Assembly: GCA_050287845.1 (NCBI GenBank)
Contig: JBNKCR010000015.1
Coordinates: 1-33,824, forward strand
Direction of reading: 5' to 3'
Length of the DNA: 33,824 nt
DNA from: Polyangia bacterium
GTDB lineage: Bacteria > Myxococcota_A > Polyangia > JAAYKL01
This document shows positions 27,136 through 33,824 of this stretch, one piece after another. The notes beneath the pieces are model-generated. The model had not been told where the DNA came from and did not search any database. It saw nothing but the letters and a program-made list of their open reading frames with translations. The stretch's first letter is position 1, and each line of letters opens with the position of its first letter. The translations under genes were made by a program, and so were the position numbers.

Positions 27136-28635
27136 ATGGGGAACTACTGGAAAATAATGGGTTTGGTTCTGTTGCTTCCCGTTCTGGGCGCGGGCTTCGG
27201 CTGCAGTAATAATACAGCGGGGAACGAGTCCGGAGAAGGTGACACGGATACAGACACGGATACAGACACAGACACAGATACAGACACAGATACGGATACG
27301 GACACGGACACGGACACGGATACGGACACGGATACGGACACAGATATGGACACGGACACAGACACAGATACGGACACAGATACGGACACGGACACGGATA
27401 CGGATACGGACACGGATACAGATACGGACACGGACACGGACACAGACACAGATACGGACACAGAGACAGGCACGGACATGGACACGGATACCGATACCGA
27501 TGTGGGCTGGTTCTCCTGTGATGATGACAGCATCGTGTACGACGCTACGGTGATCAATTCAGGCGGTACGTGGGTGGTGACCAACAGCAGCGGGGATGAA
27601 ATCTGGCAGGGCGCAGATATGATGGCCGCCATGTCCGAAGGATTTGCCGCGCTGAACCAGGGGCGCACATCCAAACAGAGTTTGCTGGTGCGAGGTGACG
27701 GCGTTATGCGCGCAGACCAGCGGTTGAGTATTCCGGGGTATATCATCCTAAATGTATGTGGGACCATTGATGTGCAGGGCACGCCGGCAAGTGACATGTC
27801 GCCGTTTTATGTGCGTGGTCAGACCGATGTGGATATTCCCAATGCGCGGGTGACCGGGACACCGGCATATGGCATGTTTTTCAGGGAAACGAGCAATATT
27901 CATCTGGGACATATCGAGATGGACCTCGAACTGGAATCGTGGTTGGGCGTCCGGGTGGACAACAAACCGGCCTGGCCGGATTTTCCACCTCTCGTGAAGA
28001 ATCTGACCATCGATTATGTGAAGGTGACGTCATCGGGGTCCCATGGTGTGGAGACCTACGGCGTGGATGGCATTCTCATCCGGGAGTTTGTGGGGGACCA
28101 CACCGGGGGGTGCGGATTGATATTCAACCATTCAATAAATGCCGAAGTGGGGTCCGTCACCTGTGATGAATGTGCGTACCGCGAAACAGGATACGCGGCG
28201 TTTCGCGTCGCCAACGATAATGGAAAGATTGGCAACGACTGGCCGACTGGAAATATTCACGTGGGCAGCGTGTATGCGCGGGGAGGCGGCCGCGGGATTT
28301 TTTCGGTCTCCGGAAGCGGCGGCCTGACCATTGATACCATAGACCTCGCCAATCAGGGCAATGACGCCATTCTGTTGCAGAACGCGTACAATACCACAAT
28401 CGCTACGGAGTCCGGCACGGTGAATGGCGGCAATCGGGTCTACCTGAGCAATGATTCCACAAATACCGAAAACGGCACATACCAGACCTCATTCAACGTG
28501 ACTCTCCAGAATCTCACCCTCAGCGGGGGCACGGTGCTCCTTGAAAACTACTGCGATTACAATGGCCAGGGGGACCGGGGAAACCGCGCCTTCAACATTG
28601 CGGGTGGCTCCGTGGACATGTGCTATTCCGATTGA
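27136..28635 (+). CDS. Lipoprotein with Asp-Thr repeat linker and right-handed parallel beta-helix (pectin lyase-like) domain
   Basis: Signal peptide ends GFGC, then a DT repeat. The Asn/Gly/Ile-rich coils (NLTIDYVKVT, HGVETYGVDG, GGCGLIFN, NIHVGSV, GRGIFSVSGSGGLTID, NVTLQNLTL) are typical of beta-helices. AGGAGG RBS. Confidence 0.8.
   Translation: MGNYWKIMGLVLLLPVLGAGFGCSNNTAGNESGEGDTDTDTDTDTDTDTDTDTDTDTDTDTDTDTDTDTDMDTDTDTDTDTDTDTDTDTDTDTDTDTDTDTDTDTDTDTETGTDMDTDTDTDVGWFSCDDDSIVYDATVINSGGTWVVTNSSGDEIWQGADMMAAMSEGFAALNQGRTSKQSLLVRGDGVMRADQRLSIPGYIILNVCGTIDVQGTPASDMSPFYVRGQTDVDIPNARVTGTPAYGMFFRETSNIHLGHIEMDLELESWLGVRVDNKPAWPDFPPLVKNLTIDYVKVTSSGSHGVETYGVDGILIREFVGDHTGGCGLIFNHSINAEVGSVTCDECAYRETGYAAFRVANDNGKIGNDWPTGNIHVGSVYARGGGRGIFSVSGSGGLTIDTIDLANQGNDAILLQNAYNTTIATESGTVNGGNRVYLSNDSTNTENGTYQTSFNVTLQNLTLSGGTVLLENYCDYNGQGDRGNRAFNIAGGSVDMCYSD
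27241..27501 (+). repeat. Coding Asp-Thr dipeptide repeat (about 87 aa)
   Basis: (GAY ACR)n hexanucleotide repeat with mixed synonymous codons. Confidence 0.95.
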
Positions 28636-28928
28636 GAAAAAAGCGACTCCGTTTCCTTGCGTAAGCAATTTCGAACGATATCGTAGAATTTTCAGTTGGT
28701 AGAAATATTGCAAATCTGCCGTGGGGATTCCGGATGTTCAGGTCTGGCTGGCGGAGTATCCATTGTCCAGACAACTGAATATTCGAACAGACGAAGACGG
28801 GCGATGGGAGCTGGTCATCATTAAAAGACGGGGAACCACGTTGCCGGGGTCCGATTTCGAGGGGCTATTTGTATCGTAATGCTATCATTCTTGACCGATA
28901 TGTAAATATGTTGCACAACTGTGGCAAT

Positions 28929-28946
28929 CTGTAACAGACTTGTCAC
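28929..28946 (+). promoter_or_regulatory. Candidate Pho box
   Basis: CTGTAAC-AGAC-TTGTCAC has two heptads in 11-bp register, resembling CTGTCAT-N4-CTGTCAY. It lies 22 bp upstream of the phoB-like ATG. Confidence 0.55.
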
Positions 28947-28968
28947 TTCCGGGAGATAAACAGGAAGC

Positions 28969-29673
28969 ATGGAAACTTGCATACTCGTAATTGAAGACGA
29001 AAAGGACCTGATGGAGATACTGGAGTACAACCTCAAAAAAGAGGGGTACCTGGTAAAATCGTCTCTGGATGGTCAGGGTGGCCTTTTAAAGCTTGAATCC
29101 AATCCTGTCCCGGAACTGGTGTTGCTGGATTTGATGTTGCCGGATATTTCCGGTGTTGAAATTTGCAGGCGATTGCGCGCCAACCCCAAAACAAAGGATA
29201 TTCCCGTATTGATGCTGACTGCGAAAAGCGAAGAAATCGACCGGGTGATTGGCTTTGAAGTGGGCGCGGATGATTATGTTACCAAACCGTTCAGCGTCCG
29301 GGAGTTGATGTTGCGGGTCAAGGCGCTGCTCAAACGAAGTGCGGCAAAGGAAACGCCGACTGAGGAGATTGTTTTCGGATCTCTGAAGATTGACATTCCC
29401 GCACACCGGGTATGGGTGGATGGCGAGGAAACGGTGCTGACCGCGCTGGAGTTCAATCTGCTGACCACCCTGTTCCACCGAAAAGGTCGGGTACAGACCC
29501 GGGAAGTTCTGCTCTGTGACGTATGGGATATCAATGCCGATGTGACCACGCGAACAGTGGATACGCATGTGAAGCGACTGCGGGAAAAAATTGGTGCTGC
29601 CGGAACCTATATTGAGACTGTTCGCGGCGTGGGGTACCGATTTGCCGGAAAACTGAGCGAGGTTGGAAGTTGA
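28969..29673 (+). CDS. phoB: PhoB-like OmpR-family response regulator
   Basis: ILVIEDE, LLDLMLP, MLTAK.EEIDRV.G.E.GADDYVTKPFS, and winged-helix TRTVDTHVKRLREK..IETVRGVGY. Confidence 0.88.
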   Translation: METCILVIEDEKDLMEILEYNLKKEGYLVKSSLDGQGGLLKLESNPVPELVLLDLMLPDISGVEICRRLRANPKTKDIPVLMLTAKSEEIDRVIGFEVGADDYVTKPFSVRELMLRVKALLKRSAAKETPTEEIVFGSLKIDIPAHRVWVDGEETVLTALEFNLLTTLFHRKGRVQTREVLLCDVWDINADVTTRTVDTHVKRLREKIGAAGTYIETVRGVGYRFAGKLSEVGS

Positions 29674-31412
29674 AACTCAGTTTCCGGCTGAGATTGTTTC
29701 TCGCCATATTTACGGTTGTACTGTTCGGGGTCCTGGTGGCAGGGGCGTATCTTTCCAGCGAATTAAAAACCAATATCGAGCTGCGGGTGGAGCAGGAGTT
29801 GTTGCATCAGAGCCGGGTTGCCGCCCTGTATGTGTCGGAGTCCCTTGATTCGCCCTCGATTGCCAGCGGGGAACTTCTGGTGGATAAGTTGGCGCATACC
29901 GCTGATTTTCGCTATACGATAGTGCTGCAGGATGGGCAGGTGATTGGCGATACGGATTTAACGGAAAAAGAAGTTGAAAACGTGCAGAATCACGGTTCCC
30001 GCCCTGAAATTATGGATGCAATGAAACGGGGAATTGGCGTGTCCCATCGCTACAGTACCACCATCGGGTACGAAATGTTTTACAGTGCTACGCGGTTTTC
30101 AAATCGGGTCGCCACCGGGGTGGTAAGGGTTTCCAGACCACTCAAGGAGGTTGATGAGGCGCTGGCGGTTCTGTACAGTTCTCTGTTGGTGGGGGGAGTG
30201 ATAGTTCTGGTGCTGTCAATGTTGCTGGCATTGTTTTTCTCCGTGTATGTATCCAGAGTGCTTCAATCCCTCGTTCAATATGCCCAGCGCCTGTCCGAGG
30301 GTAAACGGGCCAGTACCGATTTACATACCCAGGTGGAGTTTACCGGTCTCACGTCGTCGCTGCAGACCTTGAGCGAAAAGCTCGAAGAAAGCGTGCAGGA
30401 TCTGGCGGTTGAAAGAGATCGGTTCGAGGCGGTGCTCGAAGGAATGGGGGAGGCGGTGATTGCATTGGATGCGAGCAAGCGGGTGACGGTGATCAATTCT
30501 GCAGCATTGATGTTGCTGGAACTGGGCAAGGAGCCGGTTGGGCAGACGCTTCTGGAAACCATTCGCGTTCCGGGTTTGATTGCGCTGTTGGATTCTCTGC
30601 TGCCCGGGGACAATGAGAGCGCGGAGTTTGATATTGGCGTAACGGACAAGCGCACGGTGCTGGCCCGGGTAGTCTGCCTGCAGTCCGGTGCATATGTGGT
30701 GGTGCTGATGGATGTCACCGAGTTGCGTCGGCTTGAAAGTGTTCGGCGGGATTTTGTGTCAAATGTGTCTCATGAGCTGCGCACCCCAATCAGCGTAGTT
30801 CGGGCCAACGCGGAGACCTTGCTGGATGGCGCTCTCGAAGATAGGGAAATGGCCGGGAAGTTTTTGACGTCAATTGTAGCCAACTCTGAACGGCTCACCA
30901 GTCTGATTGCGGACCTGCTTGACCTGGCGCGAATTGAAGAAGGCAAACTGGAGCTGAAAAAAACCAGACTGACCCTGTCGCTGGTACTGCGGCGCGCCTG
31001 TTCGGTACTGGAAACCAAGGCCCACGACAAGAACCAGACCCTGGAAATGACCCAGAGCGCGGATATTGAAATATTGGCAGATGCCCGGGCCATCGAACAG
31101 GTGCTTTTCAACCTGCTCGATAACGCCGTGAAGTATACGCCGGAGCATGGCGTGATTCGGATACGGGGATTCCAGAGCGGGCCAAGGGCAATGATTGAGG
31201 TGGAAGACAACGGCCCCGGTATTGAAGAGGTGCATCGGGGTCGACTATTTGAACGGTTCTATCGGGTGGACCGGGGGCGTTCCCGGGAAATGGGCGGCAC
31301 GGGGTTAGGGCTGGCCATTGTGAAGCATTTGACGCAGGCCATGGGCGGAGAGGTGGGGATGCGACCGGCGGCGGATGGCGGCAGTGTGTTCTGGGTGAAG
31401 CTGCCCATGTGA
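29670..31412 (+). CDS. phoR: PhoR-like sensor histidine kinase (TM-sensor-TM-HAMP-PAS-HisKA-HATPase)
   Basis: NH.SRPEI..A sensor motif, RRDFVSNVSHELRTP, NLLDNAVKYT and FERFYRVD.GRSREMGGTGLGLAIVKH. Its TTG start overlaps the phoB TGA (TTGA). Confidence 0.88.
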   Translation: MKLSFRLRLFLAIFTVVLFGVLVAGAYLSSELKTNIELRVEQELLHQSRVAALYVSESLDSPSIASGELLVDKLAHTADFRYTIVLQDGQVIGDTDLTEKEVENVQNHGSRPEIMDAMKRGIGVSHRYSTTIGYEMFYSATRFSNRVATGVVRVSRPLKEVDEALAVLYSSLLVGGVIVLVLSMLLALFFSVYVSRVLQSLVQYAQRLSEGKRASTDLHTQVEFTGLTSSLQTLSEKLEESVQDLAVERDRFEAVLEGMGEAVIALDASKRVTVINSAALMLLELGKEPVGQTLLETIRVPGLIALLDSLLPGDNESAEFDIGVTDKRTVLARVVCLQSGAYVVVLMDVTELRRLESVRRDFVSNVSHELRTPISVVRANAETLLDGALEDREMAGKFLTSIVANSERLTSLIADLLDLARIEEGKLELKKTRLTLSLVLRRACSVLETKAHDKNQTLEMTQSADIEILADARAIEQVLFNLLDNAVKYTPEHGVIRIRGFQSGPRAMIEVEDNGPGIEEVHRGRLFERFYRVDRGRSREMGGTGLGLAIVKHLTQAMGGEVGMRPAADGGSVFWVKLPM

Positions 31413-31508
31413 TGCACGGTTGATTTCGTGATATCTGGATTGCGGTTATCAGAACGCTGTGTTTTAAATGTGCTGTAAACCGAGGACCCATGCCTGATTG
31501 AGGAACGA

Positions 31509-31724
31509 ATGACCGTTGAAAAAGAACCGTTTGAAACGATACTGGAAAAAATAGAACAAATCGTCAGAGCCCTTGAAAGTAATGAAATTCCCCTGGACGA
31601 AGCACTGGCCAAATTTGAGGAAGGGGTGGCGCTTTCCCGGGCGGGGACAGCACGGTTGGAGGAAGCCGAACGCCGCATTGAAGAAATACTGAAAGACGGC
31701 AGCACCCAGCCGGTGGAACGATAG
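31509..31724 (+). CDS. xseB: Exodeoxyribonuclease VII small subunit
   Basis: FE..LE.IE.IV..LE..EIPLDEAL..FEEGV.L.......LEEAE.RIE pattern. GAGGA RBS. Confidence 0.93.
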   Translation: MTVEKEPFETILEKIEQIVRALESNEIPLDEALAKFEEGVALSRAGTARLEEAERRIEEILKDGSTQPVER

Positions 31725-31840
31725 TCTATAAGCGGATTTTTTTTTCGCGATATTCCACCATAGAAACGATGAATTTCAGATCTGAACTGTAAAACTACAA
31801 TCCTATCATAAATATGGGGGGATTTGGGCTGTTTTTGAAG

Positions 31841-31856
31841 CGGCCCACATATTGCA
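31841..31856 (+). promoter_or_regulatory. Candidate sigma54 -24/-12 promoter
   Basis: CGGCCC-ACATA-TTGCA versus consensus TGGCAC-N5-TTGCW, 40 bp upstream of ATG 31896. Confidence 0.45.
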
Positions 31857-31895
31857 CATATCTGGTATGCACGGAATTTCGGAACGAGGTATCTC

Positions 31896-32279
31896 ATGAC
31901 CCACTCTTCATACATGCCAGAATCATTGGAAAGCAAGGTTGCTCAGTTTATGAATGAGCTTCAGCATCGAACCGGCGTTGGCGCTGATTTTATCATGACC
32001 ATGCGGCCTGCCATCCGCCGGATGTTTCAGAACACGGAACCGGAACAATTGGCGGAGGCTCGGGAGAGATTTCTCCGAAAAGCGGAACTTCATGTGCAGA
32101 CGTTGTCTCATTTGTCCAATACCCTCGCGCACCTGGAACGATTGAGTGCGCAGGAGAAGTCCAATCCCGCCCTCACACCGGCCATGGTTCGCCAACTGGA
32201 GTTCACCAGAGGGGTGGTGGTCAATACGCTGCTGAAGACCTATGGTGGCTTCGGTCCGAGACAGGCCATTCGCGGTTAA
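31896..32279 (+). CDS. Hypothetical alpha-helical protein
   Basis: 127-aa ORF with a GAGG RBS that fills the gap between xseB and the U32 gene. No recognisable motif. Confidence 0.6.
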   Translation: MTHSSYMPESLESKVAQFMNELQHRTGVGADFIMTMRPAIRRMFQNTEPEQLAEARERFLRKAELHVQTLSHLSNTLAHLERLSAQEKSNPALTPAMVRQLEFTRGVVVNTLLKTYGGFGPRQAIRG

Positions 32280-32397
32280 TCTCTTAAATTTCTGCAGGTG
32301 CCATTCTTCTGCTGAACGGCTTTCATTCATTGAAAAAAGTTGTTATGTTGAGCGCCGTTTTCTGCCCGAGTCGGGGGGATTTGAAACGGAGAGTGCG

Positions 32398-33606
32398 ATG
32401 ACGACCAGACGGAGTCCGAAGGGCGCCAGACTGCTGGCGCCGGCCGGAAACATGGAAAAGCTTAAGGTGGCGGTGGCCTATGGGGCCGACGAGGTCTATT
32501 TTGGTCTCAATCGATTTTCGTTGCGCAACTACGCCGGCAATTTTTCCCTTGAACAGGCGGAGACTGCGCTGGCGTACCTGCACCAGCGAAATGTTCCGGG
32601 GTATGTGACCCTGAATATATATCCGTTCGAAAATGAGTATGATGAGCTGCTGCAGACAGCGCGGCAGCTGCAGGATATGGGCGCAGATGGGATTATCGTA
32701 TCAGACCTGGGCGTCATTGACCTGTTGCGACAACACGAAATACAGTTGCCGCTGCATATCAGCACCCAGGCCAACACCCTCAGCCCGCAGACGGTGATGG
32801 CGTACCAGCGTCTCGGCGCATCCCGGGTCAATCTGGCCCGCGAACTCTCCATTGCCCAGATTGAGTCGTTGCAGAAATCCATTTCGGGGATTGAAACTGA
32901 GGTATTCGTCCACGGCGCGGTGTGCTTCTCGTACTCGGGGCGCTGTGCCATCAGTGACTACACCACGGGAAGACGGGCCAATCGCGGGGAGTGCACCCAC
33001 CCCTGCCGCTGGCAATACACGCTGATAGAAAAGGAGCGGCCCGACGAGCCCATGACAGCGGCGGAGGACGATCGGGGGCTATATCTCTTCAACAGCAAGG
33101 ATCTCGCCCTGTATTCATTTATCCCCAGACTCCGGGAGGCTGGAGTGACCGCGTTCAAGATTGAAGGGCGGATGAAATCCATTCATTATCTGGCCAGTGT
33201 TCTTTCGTTGTATCGGAAAATTATAGATGGTCAGCAAATCAGTGACGATATGGCCGTTCAGCAACTGGAGCGGGTGATGAATCGCGGGTATTCCACCGGC
33301 TTCATGAAGGGGAACGTGACCCCGGATGATTACCGGTTTCACGACAACAACACCCGTGGGCATTCAAAGTTTCTGGGGATTGTGAATGCAACCCACCCGG
33401 ATGGGTGCGAGATGGACATTCGAAACCGGGTAGAAGGAAAAATGGACGTGGAGATTCTCACGCCCGAAGGGGTGTTGATGCACCGAACCCTGCCGGACCT
33501 GCTGAAAGACAGCGACGGTGGTGAATCTACGGTTCTCAATCACGGAAAAACCCTGGTGCTGCCTTTTTCGCTCCCCGAATTCACCATTCTGCGTAAACTG
33601 GAATAG
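32398..33606 (+). CDS. trhP: Peptidase U32-family Fe-S protein (TrhP/YegQ-like tRNA hydroxylation protein)
   Basis: LLAPAG, YGADEVY.G, HISTQAN, LARELS, EVFVHGAVCFSYSGRC...NRGECTHPCR (Fe-S cysteines), NSKDL and KIEGRMKS. Start set at MTTRRS (32398), after GGAG. Confidence 0.85.
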   Translation: MTTRRSPKGARLLAPAGNMEKLKVAVAYGADEVYFGLNRFSLRNYAGNFSLEQAETALAYLHQRNVPGYVTLNIYPFENEYDELLQTARQLQDMGADGIIVSDLGVIDLLRQHEIQLPLHISTQANTLSPQTVMAYQRLGASRVNLARELSIAQIESLQKSISGIETEVFVHGAVCFSYSGRCAISDYTTGRRANRGECTHPCRWQYTLIEKERPDEPMTAAEDDRGLYLFNSKDLALYSFIPRLREAGVTAFKIEGRMKSIHYLASVLSLYRKIIDGQQISDDMAVQQLERVMNRGYSTGFMKGNVTPDDYRFHDNNTRGHSKFLGIVNATHPDGCEMDIRNRVEGKMDVEILTPEGVLMHRTLPDLLKDSDGGESTVLNHGKTLVLPFSLPEFTILRKLE

Positions 33607-33609
33607 CCA

Positions 33610-33628
33610 GCCACGGCTCTGCCGTGGC
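33610..33628 (+). terminator. GC-rich hairpin immediately after the U32 stop codon
   Basis: GCCACGGC-TCT-GCCGTGGC, an 8-bp stem with no U-tract. Confidence 0.35.
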
Positions 33629-33824
33629 CCGGTGTAGCAACTTTGCGAAGCAAAGATGGGGAAAAATAGGGACGCAACTAACTTGATCCCGACGAAGAAA
33701 CCCCCGTTTTTCGATTCAAATAAAATTCTCGATTTTTCTGACATCCGCATGGCAGTGGACCATTAGCATCAGCGTGCGTAAATAATGCTCCTGTATTTGT
33801 AAAGCGATTAGTATACAGGAAGCG

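Noticed and set aside
28681..28762. Functional tRNA-Cys
   Set aside because: The D-arm and anticodon stem would have to share bases, the T-loop lacks the TTCRA consensus and the acceptor stem pairs poorly. Kept only as a structured-element finding.
32242..32397. Upstream in-frame extension of the U32 ORF
   Set aside because: It overlaps the preceding gene. Family similarity begins at LLAPAG, and ATG 32398 has a GGAG RBS.

Overview
Bacterial chromosomal window of roughly 50-55% GC (judged by eye). The gene content suggests a Myxococcota/deltaproteobacterial lineage (inference): a fibro-slime lipoprotein, a 7-POTRA Omp85 next to TamB, an XPB-DUF790 pair and a CckA/NtrB-type hybrid kinase. It holds about 19 intact CDS plus an internally deleted YqhD-type alcohol dehydrogenase pseudogene that the ORF track misses. 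Two systems stand out. (1) Five predicted lipoproteins share one layout: signal peptide/Cys, then an acidic low-complexity linker (DS, DT or SxPxDT repeats), then a glycan-active domain (GH43+AbfB, fibro-slime/PA14, GH5, GH31, beta-helix). They lie on both sides of a tamB-Omp85 operon. (2) An archaeal-type XPB helicase-Bax1 (DUF790) nuclease pair is preceded by a tightly linked small Cys-rich protein. The window also has phoB-phoR with a candidate Pho box, xseB, a U32/TrhP-like gene, candidate sigma54 promoters and three candidate structured non-coding elements. I found no CRISPR array, rRNA, intact tRNA or transposase.
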